Below are positions 1-7,190 of a DNA stretch of 64,000 nucleotides, one piece after another. The stretch comes from Sandaracinaceae bacterium (GTDB taxonomy: Bacteria; Myxococcota_A; Polyangia; Polyangiales; JADJQN01), in the NCBI GenBank assembly GCA_016712745.1, contig JADJQN010000001.1:462770-526769 (forward strand), given 5' to 3'. Both the position numbers and the translations under genes were made by a program. The notes beneath the pieces are model-generated. The model searched no databases, was not told where the DNA came from, and saw nothing but the letters and a program-made list of their open reading frames with translations. Position 1 is the first letter of the stretch. Every line of letters begins with the position of its first letter.

Positions 1-758
1 TGGCCACCAAGAAGAAGACGACGAAACCCGTCAAAATCGCAGCGAAAAAGGCGAAACCGGTAGCACCGGCCAAAGCCGCAAAGAAAGCGGCAAAACCTGT
101 GCCCGTGAAAAAAGCAACGTCAGCCGGCAAATACGCGGCTCCGTCGAAGTCTGCCCCGAAGTCCGCGGCGAAGACTCTCGCCAAGATCCCGGCAAATAAG
201 ATGTCGGCAGCCAAGAGCTCGTCCGGCAAGCCTCCGGCGGGCAAGCCTTCTGCGGGCAAGCTTCCTGCGGCCAAGATTGCGATTGGCAAAGCACCGGCTG
301 CAAAGTCGCCGACTAAGCCCGGCACGATAGTCGCGCCCGTATCGCGTGTACCTGCGCGTACGCCTGAGCGTGCCGAGGAGTTGAAGGCCAAAATCGGCGC
401 CCTCGCCTCATCGACCAATCAGATTCGCGCTCTCAAGCGCTCGCTCAACAAGAGCTTTTACGAAATTGGGACCATCCTCGGCGATGTGCAGACCCGTCGC
501 CTCTACGAGGCGAAGGGCTACGGCTCGTTCGAAGCATTCGTCGAACGTGAGATCGACCTCGGCAAGCAGATGAGCCTGCGCCTTGTCAAAGTCGCGCAGA
601 CCTTCCTCAAGGAAGCAGCTCTCGCGGCAGGCCTCGATCGCGTGTCCGCTGCCTTGTCGGCGTTTGAGGGCGAGAGCGAAACACAGAATAAGTCGCCGTC
701 GACTCCGCCGCCGGCCATGCCGATCGGCCGCTCCGCGCTCCCGCCGCACAAACAATAG
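1..758 (+). CDS. Lys/Ala/Pro-rich histone H1-like protein with an ordered C-terminal helical (putative DNA-binding) domain; 5' end lies outside the window
   Basis: The frame is open from nt 3 (ATKKKTTKPVKIAAKKAKPVAPAKAAKKAAKP...), so the listed start at 99 is internal. About 110 aa of AK/AP/SK low complexity precede an ordered segment, FYEIGTILGDVQTRRLYEAKGYGSFEAFVEREIDLGKQMSLRLVKVAQ. The call rests on composition only. Confidence 0.55.
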   Translation, partial: ATKKKTTKPVKIAAKKAKPVAPAKAAKKAAKPVPVKKATSAGKYAAPSKSAPKSAAKTLAKIPANKMSAAKSSSGKPPAGKPSAGKLPAAKIAIGKAPAAKSPTKPGTIVAPVSRVPARTPERAEELKAKIGALASSTNQIRALKRSLNKSFYEIGTILGDVQTRRLYEAKGYGSFEAFVEREIDLGKQMSLRLVKVAQTFLKEAALAAGLDRVSAALSAFEGESETQNKSPSTPPPAMPIGRSALPPHKQ

Positions 759-823
759 ATGAACGCGAACCGTTCCGTGCTTGGTGGCGACCGACCTCCA
801 CCATGTAGTGGGAGCAGACGTGT

Positions 824-2161
824 ATGTTGAAGTTATTGGTCGCTGTACTTTGTGTCGCCGCGAACTCGTTCTTCGTTGCCGCCGAGTTCGCGATGGCAAA
901 AGTTCGTTCGACGTCGCTCGAAGCGATGGCCAAGGCTGGCGATAAGCCTGCTGTACGCGCACTTGCGATTCAGAAACAGCTGGACGTTTACCTTACGACG
1001 ACCCAGCTCGGCATCACGCTCTCGTCACTGTGTCTGGGTTGGGTCGGAGAGCCCGCGGTCGCCGCGCTGATCGAGCCGGCAATCCATGCGCTCGGTGCGT
1101 CCGACGCCGTGGTGCACGGTATCGCGATTCCGGTCGGATTCGCCGGCATCACGCTCGTGCACATCGTGATTGGCGAGCTTGTGCCGAAGTCGTTCGCCAT
1201 GCGCCTACCGGAGCCGGTCGCGCGCGCTACAGCGCGCCCGCTTCAGATCATCTATTTCATCCTCTATCCCGGTCTCTTCGTCTTGAACGGCATCTCGCGC
1301 GCGGTGTTGACGCTCTTGCGTCTGCCCGCGCCCGACAACGCCGAGGGCGTGCTCTCGCTTGAAGAGCTTCGCCTCATCGTGAAGGCTTCATTCAAGGACT
1401 CGACCGACAAGCTCGAAGCCAAGAAGGGCGAGCTTTTAGAGCGCGTTCTTCGCGGCACGGATCGCAACTTGCGCAGCGTGATGGTGCCGCGAGTCGACAT
1501 GATCACGCTCGCTCTCGACATGAGCTTTGAGGAAGCGCTCGCGCATGTTCGTCGGCACGGCTTTAGTCGATATCCACTAAGTGAAACCGGCGACCCCGAC
1601 AAAGTGCTCGGCTACATCTATGTAAAGGATGTCCTGATGGCGACGGAGCCGCCCAAGGGCGGATTGCGCGCTCTTAAGCGAGATATCCTCTACGTCCCCG
1701 AGTCCCGCACGGTCGGCGACACGCTGACGGAATTCCAGCGCACCAAGATTCCGATCGCCGTGGTCGTCGATGAATACGGTGGAACGAGCGGTATCGTGAC
1801 ACTGGAAAATCTCGTCGAAGAAATCGTGGGCGACATCCAAGACGAACTCGATGTCGAAGGTCCGCGCATCGATAGACGCGACGACGGCGTCGTCGTCGTT
1901 GACGGATCCATGGGGATCGATCAGCTCGAAATTCCAGGCCTCGAGATCCCCGCGCTCGAAGGCGGCGAGACCGTGGGCGGCTTTGTGATCGCTTCGCTTG
2001 GCCGCCTCGCGCATCCCGGTGATCGCGTGCGCCTCGGCGGATACGATGCCGTCGTCGAAGATGTTCGCCGCCGTCGCGTCGGTCGCGTGGCCTTCGTGCC
2101 TGCGGTGCGCACCATTCCCCCGCCACCCGCCGCGCCGACTACCGAAGAGCCGTCTGCCTGA
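824..2161 (+). CDS. HlyC/CorC family protein (CNNM/DUF21 membrane domain + CBS pair + CorC_HlyC C-terminal domain)
   Basis: The N-terminus LLVAVLCVAANSFFVAAEFAMAKVR...TTQLGITLSSLCLGWVGEP is typical of DUF21. It is followed by the CBS region (VMVPRVDMITL...VLGYIYVKDVL) and IAVVVDEYGGTSGIVTLENLVEEIVGDIQDE. GGAG lies 9 nt upstream of the ATG. Confidence 0.9.
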   Translation: MLKLLVAVLCVAANSFFVAAEFAMAKVRSTSLEAMAKAGDKPAVRALAIQKQLDVYLTTTQLGITLSSLCLGWVGEPAVAALIEPAIHALGASDAVVHGIAIPVGFAGITLVHIVIGELVPKSFAMRLPEPVARATARPLQIIYFILYPGLFVLNGISRAVLTLLRLPAPDNAEGVLSLEELRLIVKASFKDSTDKLEAKKGELLERVLRGTDRNLRSVMVPRVDMITLALDMSFEEALAHVRRHGFSRYPLSETGDPDKVLGYIYVKDVLMATEPPKGGLRALKRDILYVPESRTVGDTLTEFQRTKIPIAVVVDEYGGTSGIVTLENLVEEIVGDIQDELDVEGPRIDRRDDGVVVVDGSMGIDQLEIPGLEIPALEGGETVGGFVIASLGRLAHPGDRVRLGGYDAVVEDVRRRRVGRVAFVPAVRTIPPPPAAPTTEEPSA

Positions 2162-2610
2162 TGGCGGCAGGGTACCGCGCGTGGCTTGCCAAGCCGCTGG
2201 TGCGCTTCGTCGCGATTGGAGTTTGCATTTTTGTCGGAACGCGCTCGCTCGCGCATCCGCAGCCATCGCCGCGTGCACGAATTGTTGTCACGGCGCACGA
2301 CGTCGCTGCGATTCGCGCGGAGCTGCGCGCCCAGCTTCGCAGAGATCCAACCGAAACCGAGTTTGATCGGGGTGTGGATCGTTTCGTACTCGATTCGGCA
2401 CTCGCGCAGCGGGCAAAGGAGCTTTCTCTTTTGAACGATTCCAATGCAACGCGACATGCACTTGCCGAGCGCATGCAATTCGTTCTCGAATCGGAAATTA
2501 CCGAGCAGAACGCATTGCGGCGTCGGGAGTTGATCTGGGAGGCGCAGGCCGCGGTGCTCGCGAGCTATGACGTGGATCGGCGCGCCGCCGCAAATCGAGG
2601 TCGCCCGTGA
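2161..2610 (+). CDS. hypothetical membrane-anchored protein
   Basis: The ATG overlaps the upstream stop (TGATG) and its own stop overlaps the next start (GTGA). There is one N-terminal hydrophobic helix (LVRFVAIGVCIFVG). I recognised no family. Confidence 0.5.
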   Translation: MAAGYRAWLAKPLVRFVAIGVCIFVGTRSLAHPQPSPRARIVVTAHDVAAIRAELRAQLRRDPTETEFDRGVDRFVLDSALAQRAKELSLLNDSNATRHALAERMQFVLESEITEQNALRRRELIWEAQAAVLASYDVDRRAAANRGRP

Positions 2611-3614
2611 AGTCTCGATTTGCGTGGACCCCTGCCCTCTGTCTCTTCCTCTCAGCCAGCGCGGCGCAGGCCCATCCAATGTCCTTCGGCACGCTCGATG
2701 CGCATGAGAGTCTCGACGGGCGCGTGCACGTGCGTCTACACGCCACTGACGCACGCAACGGTCTCGAATCCCTTCGCGCGGACCTTGCGGGACCGTGCCG
2801 GCGCGTCGGTGCGCCAATCGAGGACCGTTTCGATGGAACCCTCACTCGAGACGAAGACTTCCTTTGCGAGCCCACGGCGACGTTGCGGCCCACGCTTCGC
2901 CTCGACGGCTTTGCCAACACCGGCATAGAGGTGCTCGCTCGCGTTTGGTTGCGCAACGGTCGGCAGATGAACGCAATGCTTTCGCAGTCTCGGCCCTCCG
3001 TCGCGTTTGCGCGCCTGCCGAGCGCCGCCGACGTCGCGCGCGATTACCTCGTCTTAGGCATCGAGCACATCGTCACGGGTTTTGACCATCTCCTCTTCGT
3101 ACTGGGTCTGCTGATGCTCATGCGCACGCCGCGCCATGTGCTTCTCGCTGTCTCGGCGTTTACCGTCGGCCACAGCATTACACTCGTGCTCGCGGCGCTG
3201 GGCATTGTGCGCATTCCGTCGGCTCCCGTCGAAGTCTTCATCGCCCTGTCGATTCTCGTTCTCGCGATGCAGCTTGCTCAGCAGAGCCCGCGCGTCGTCC
3301 TCGCGGAGGCGCGCAGGTCTAGCCGGAATTATGCGCTTCTTGCAGCGGTTTTCGGGCTGATCCACGGCCTCGGCTTTGCCGGAGCTCTCACTGAAATCGG
3401 CTTGCCCGCAGACGAAATCCCAGTCGCGTTGGCGATGTTCAACGTCGGTGTCGAGCTAGGGCAGCTCGCCTTTGTGTGCGTCGTTGCGCTGCTGAGTATT
3501 GCGCTCACGCGAGTGACAATTTTTACCAAGCATCAGGCACGATTCGAACAGCTCGTGGTCGCCGCGATGGGCGGTGTCGCCGTTTACTGGGTCCTCGATC
3601 GCGTTGCTGGCTAA
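2607..3614 (+). CDS. HupE/UreJ family membrane protein (putative Ni/Co transporter-like)
   Basis: Signal peptide ...LSASAAQA/HP. The HupE_UreJ_2-type core is LGIEHIVTGFDHLLFVLGLLML...FTVGHSITL...GLIHGLGFAG...FNVGVELGQL. Confidence 0.8.
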   Translation: MKSRFAWTPALCLFLSASAAQAHPMSFGTLDAHESLDGRVHVRLHATDARNGLESLRADLAGPCRRVGAPIEDRFDGTLTRDEDFLCEPTATLRPTLRLDGFANTGIEVLARVWLRNGRQMNAMLSQSRPSVAFARLPSAADVARDYLVLGIEHIVTGFDHLLFVLGLLMLMRTPRHVLLAVSAFTVGHSITLVLAALGIVRIPSAPVEVFIALSILVLAMQLAQQSPRVVLAEARRSSRNYALLAAVFGLIHGLGFAGALTEIGLPADEIPVALAMFNVGVELGQLAFVCVVALLSIALTRVTIFTKHQARFEQLVVAAMGGVAVYWVLDRVAG

Positions 3615-4379
3615 TCAGTCGAGGGGCTGTGCAATCGAGAATAGATCGGCGAAACGCTCCGCGCCGGGCGGCAGCGCGCCGTTCGCGCGTCTGTGCGCCC
3701 ACAACACCGGCGCGAGCAAATCGATGGCGTAGCTCATCGGAACTTCTTCGAACTTGAGTCCGTCGGGCAGGCGCGCCGTATGGCCCGACGCCGCTTCGTC
3801 GTGCACCAGCGGATCGAAAATCGCGTGCGTCACTCCACCGTCGCGCTTCCATGCCAGGCCCATCACCTCGACGAACGTTCCATGCAAAGGACGAATCAAG
3901 AGAATGCCTCCGCGCTCTTCGTCGCCAGCGACAAGCGCCCGAGGCCCTGCTGTCGAGGCAAGCCCTGCGCCTCCCTCTTCGCTGATGGCATTGGCAATCG
4001 CACGAGCAACATCGGCGTCATCCTCTACCGCGAGCAAGGACGCGAGCGCCGCCGATGCGCTGATGCCTTCCGCGCGCGCGTCCGCGACAACGGCTTGTAC
4101 AATCTTGCCGCGCGCTTCGACGTCGAGCGAGCCATAGGCAAGTGCGAGTCCTCGGGCCACCGCCGGATCCTTCGCCGCGCCTGCGAGCAAGGCGCCAAAC
4201 GGGCCTGCTTTGCCGCGGCCGGAGCTTAGCAACGTGGATCGCGGGGGCTTCGGAATCGTAGACACGAGGCCGTCTATACTCTCTCGTTTTGCCCGTGCAA
4301 AGCCCTCCCGAGCCTTGGCCTTGACCTTCTTCGCCCAAGCAGGCGACCTTCTTCGAAAGCGTGAAAGCCGATAACGCAT
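3615..4379 (-). CDS. hypothetical protein (start uncertain)
   Basis: 265-aa ORF convergent with the hupE-like gene with no spacer. The longest start (4412) and the ATG at 4379 both overlap the divergent sigma gene. An in-frame GTG at 4265 would leave a 95-nt divergent spacer. No family recognised. Confidence 0.4.
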   Translation of the reverse strand: MRYRLSRFRRRSPAWAKKVKAKAREGFARAKRESIDGLVSTIPKPPRSTLLSSGRGKAGPFGALLAGAAKDPAVARGLALAYGSLDVEARGKIVQAVVADARAEGISASAALASLLAVEDDADVARAIANAISEEGGAGLASTAGPRALVAGDEERGGILLIRPLHGTFVEVMGLAWKRDGGVTHAIFDPLVHDEAASGHTARLPDGLKFEEVPMSYAIDLLAPVLWAHRRANGALPPGAERFADLFSIAQPLD

Positions 4380-5020
4380 TCGTTCAGCAGTACATGGGCC
4401 TCGTCCGCACAATTGCGCAGAAGGTCCGCGCGCAAATGGACCTGACGTGCGACCTCGACGACTTGATCGCGTTTGGCACGCAGGGGCTTATTGAAGCCGC
4501 GTCACGCTTCGATGAAACGCGCGGCGTGCAGTTCAACACGTTTGCGTACTACCGGATCCGCGGCGCCGTAATCGACGGCGTTCGGCAAATGGCATATCTG
4601 CCGCGCCGCATCCACCAACGCGTGCGTGCCGCGGAAGCTATCGACCAGATCACGCAAATGGCCGGAGATACGCGCGCAGCGTCGCCCGAACAAGGCAAAG
4701 ACGCCGCTGCCGCTGCGGCCGCCCTCGACGAGACCTTGTCGCAGCTGACCGCCGCGTTCGTCATGGCGAGCGTCGGCCAAGGCGAAGACGACGCACCTGA
4801 GTCACCCGAAGACAGCTTGATGGACGCGCAAACGCGCGCTCGAGTCACACGCGCTCTCGACGTTTTGCCCGACCGGGAGCGCGCACTGGTGCAAGGTTTT
4901 TATTTCGACGGCCGCACCTTCGATGATGTCGCCAAGGGGCTAGGCGTTTCGAAAAGTTGGGCTAGCCGGCTGCATTCGAAAGCCCTCGAGCTCTTGCGCG
5001 AAGCGCTCGAAGAAGACTGA
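4361..5020 (+). CDS. RNA polymerase sigma factor, FliA/WhiG-like (group 3 of the sigma-70 family)
   Basis: Region 2 is FVQQYMGLVRTIAQKV...FNTFAYYRIRGAVIDGVRQ and a region 3 is present. Region 4.2 HTH is DRERALVQGFYFDGRTFDDVAKGLGVSKSWASRLHSKALELLR. GTG start at 4361, alternative ATG at 4394. Confidence 0.85.
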   Translation: MKADNAFVQQYMGLVRTIAQKVRAQMDLTCDLDDLIAFGTQGLIEAASRFDETRGVQFNTFAYYRIRGAVIDGVRQMAYLPRRIHQRVRAAEAIDQITQMAGDTRAASPEQGKDAAAAAAALDETLSQLTAAFVMASVGQGEDDAPESPEDSLMDAQTRARVTRALDVLPDRERALVQGFYFDGRTFDDVAKGLGVSKSWASRLHSKALELLREALEED

Positions 5021-5103
5021 TCTAAGCGCGCGCGCGTGTCGCGACGCAACTCACGTGCTTGGTCATCGATAAGCCATGCGAACTCTCTACAGAGGAGCCG
5101 CAG

Positions 5104-5838
5104 ATGGTCGCCTTGATCCAAGCCGTGTTGATTGTCGCGCTCGCGAGTCTTTTCTGCGCTCTCCACATCGGCGCACGCAGGTACTACCTACGGAAGGGCC
5201 CGGCGGCCTTCCGCCTCAACTTTCGCGACAAACAAGCCCAGCTGCGTCGCAGGTTCGTGGGCAGTATCCGTCCAACGTTGCCCGAGCACTTGATCTCGAA
5301 CGAAACCATCCGCCTCGATGGCGCGGTAGAGCCCTCGGGTGAACTGCTTGCCGCTCCACTTTCGCGGCAGCCATGCCTGGCGTACCGCGTCGTGCTTGTG
5401 AACGGCACGGGGCGCACACTCGCGCTGGAGCGGGACCCGTCGGGGATGGAACGTTGGGTGAAATCGGGACAGCCATTTGAGATCGACCAGCGCTGCGCCG
5501 ACTTCGTGCTGAGCGCCGGCGACACGCAAGTATTGGTGCGAAGTGGTGGCGCGAAGCAACTTGGCCTCGGCTCACTTTCCGAGCACGTTTCGTTCGACGA
5601 TTTGACTCGACCAGAGGTCGTCGACTTTCTGCGCACCCAATGCATGGAGGAGTTGGCTCGCCCTGACGCGATGCTCCGCGAGTACGTACTGCTTCCGAAA
5701 AAGCGCGTCAGCGTGGTGGGGCTCGCGGAGCGCCGGTATCGCAGCGCTCCTGCGGGAGAGGACTACCGGGGCTTGTCTACGCAATGGGTGCTCGATCCGG
5801 GCAATAATGGCGAGCTCGTCGTCACTGAGAACTGCTGA
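5104..5838 (+). CDS. N-terminally anchored membrane protein, possibly GIDE-domain-like
   Basis: The ATG at 5104 is preceded by AGGAG. N-terminal helix MVALIQAVLIVALASLFCAL. The segment IRLDGAVEPSGELLAAPLSRQPCLAYRVVLVN resembles bacterial GIDE-family proteins, but this is from memory and tentative. Confidence 0.45.
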   Translation: MVALIQAVLIVALASLFCALHIGARRYYLRKGPAAFRLNFRDKQAQLRRRFVGSIRPTLPEHLISNETIRLDGAVEPSGELLAAPLSRQPCLAYRVVLVNGTGRTLALERDPSGMERWVKSGQPFEIDQRCADFVLSAGDTQVLVRSGGAKQLGLGSLSEHVSFDDLTRPEVVDFLRTQCMEELARPDAMLREYVLLPKKRVSVVGLAERRYRSAPAGEDYRGLSTQWVLDPGNNGELVVTENC

Positions 5839-5862
5839 CACACGCTGCAAAAGGAGACGGCC

Positions 5863-6078
5863 ATGACAAGTCGAAGCTCTGTGAATCAAACTGCCGTGCG
5901 TCCGCGCAAGGGCGCCCAGCGTCGCGTCTACATCGAGCTTGAAGAGCACATAGCGCGCATCGTCGATCGGGGGGCGCGCGACCTCGGTGAATCGCGCAGC
6001 AGCTTCATCGGCCGCCTACTGCAAGCCACCTTTCCGGGGCTCTGCTCAGAAATCGAAGTCACGCGGCAGCTGCGCTAA
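5863..6078 (+). CDS. small ribbon-helix-helix (CopG/Arc-like) DNA-binding protein
   Basis: Strong RBS (AAGGAG, 6 nt spacer). The pattern is beta-strand RRVYIEL, helix EEHIARIVDRGARDLG, helix SRSSFIGRLLQ. Confidence 0.55.
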   Translation: MTSRSSVNQTAVRPRKGAQRRVYIELEEHIARIVDRGARDLGESRSSFIGRLLQATFPGLCSEIEVTRQLR

Positions 6079-6097
6079 AACGCCGAAAGGTCCGACC

Positions 6098-6463
6098 ATG
6101 ACAGACAACGCAATCCAGCCATCCTCACACCGTTCAGCGGAGCCATCGCTGCGGGCGCGTCGCGACTCTGCAACTGGCTCAGTGCAGAGCGGTTTTCGAG
6201 AGACGATGGAGCGTGTCGCTCGTGTCACGGACCCGACGACCGCCGAACGAATGGTGCGCAGCGCCGCGACGAGCATTGAACGCGGTGAGCGCATGATTAA
6301 CGGGGTCATCGCCGTTGCGCGACGAGGTCAGTCGTTCACCAATGAGCAGCTGATCGCGGTGCAGGCTGGCGTCTACCGTTATGCGCAGGAGCTAGACCTT
6401 GCAAGCAAGCTCGTCGATAAGCTCGCGAACGCCGTCCGCCAGACCATCCAGTCGCAACAATAG
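6098..6463 (+). CDS. small helical protein with an SctI/PrgJ (type III secretion inner-rod)-like C-terminus
   Basis: ATG at 6098, 19 nt after the RHH gene. The ORF-track start at 5987 overlaps that gene and is unlikely. The C-terminus EQLIAVQAGVYRYAQELDLASKLVDKLANAVRQTIQSQQ aligns by eye with the PrgJ tail LAISQEMISDYNLYVSMVSTLTRKGVGAVETLLRS (shared Q, Y, S, L, K, AV, terminal S). Confidence 0.4.
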   Translation: MTDNAIQPSSHRSAEPSLRARRDSATGSVQSGFRETMERVARVTDPTTAERMVRSAATSIERGERMINGVIAVARRGQSFTNEQLIAVQAGVYRYAQELDLASKLVDKLANAVRQTIQSQQ

Positions 6464-7126
6464 CTAGCGCTCCGCGCAGCGGGCCAGGGCCCTTCGGACC
6501 GCTGATGGGTTCTCGCATCCGCTTGCGGGTGCGTGCACTGGATCAGTTCCGCCTGCGAGGATGACAAGCCCGGCCACAAGCGCGCGTGCCTCGTCCACAA
6601 CAGACGCATCAACGCTGCTGTTGCCGCAAGTCACCAGATCGATCACGCGTCGATACGACGCCAACGCCTCGGTCCAAGCCCCACGCTGCTTAGCGAGCGC
6701 GGCCCTTCGGCGATACGCTTCAACGTCGTCGGGAGTTCGATTCGTCTGTTCGCGCAAGGCTTGCGCGGCCTCGTCAAGCTCGCCCACCGATATCAACACG
6801 TCGGCGACGACTCCCCAGAGCGCCGCGTCTTCCGGCGCATGACGTAGTCCCACCGAGAGCACTTCGAGGGCGTCGCGAGTGGAGCCGCGCGCTTCGTAGA
6901 TGCGCGCAAGAGCGAGATAGCTTCGGCCGTCGTTCGGATTGATAGCGAGCGCGTCACGGAAATAGCCGATTGCGCTCCCGGGATCTCCGCTTTGCATGTA
7001 GGCCTCGCCCCGTGCGCGAAGTTGGGCCGCACGTGCCTGTCTCGCCGCCGGGTCGGCATTCTGTGCCTGGGTCGTGCTCGCTATGGCGACAACCATCGCA
7101 ACTGCGAGAAATAACGCCTTCTGCAC
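6464..7126 (-). CDS. secreted TPR-repeat protein
   Basis: Probable GTG start at 7126 gives the signal peptide VQKALFLAVAMVVAIASTTQA/Q; there is also an ATG at 7096. TPR-like repeats: GEAYMQSGDPGSAIGYFRDALAINPNDGRSYLALARIYEARGSTRDALEVL... The upstream part of the 284-aa ORF is Arg-rich junk. Confidence 0.7.
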   Translation of the reverse strand: MQKALFLAVAMVVAIASTTQAQNADPAARQARAAQLRARGEAYMQSGDPGSAIGYFRDALAINPNDGRSYLALARIYEARGSTRDALEVLSVGLRHAPEDAALWGVVADVLISVGELDEAAQALREQTNRTPDDVEAYRRRAALAKQRGAWTEALASYRRVIDLVTCGNSSVDASVVDEARALVAGLVILAGGTDPVHAPASGCENPSAVRRALARCAER

Positions 7127-7190
7127 GATGAAATAAGCATGCGCCGCGCGGCGTTTCCCCGCAACGAAGAAGCATGGTGCGGAAGGGAAC

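Noticed and set aside
5863-6463. RHH protein plus downstream small protein as a type II toxin-antitoxin pair.
   Set aside because: The gene order and sizes are compatible. However, the 122-aa protein shows no RelE/ParE/VapC/MazF-type motif I can recognise and is predicted to be all-helical with a disordered N-terminus. I left it as an open possibility inside the sigma-module finding rather than a call.
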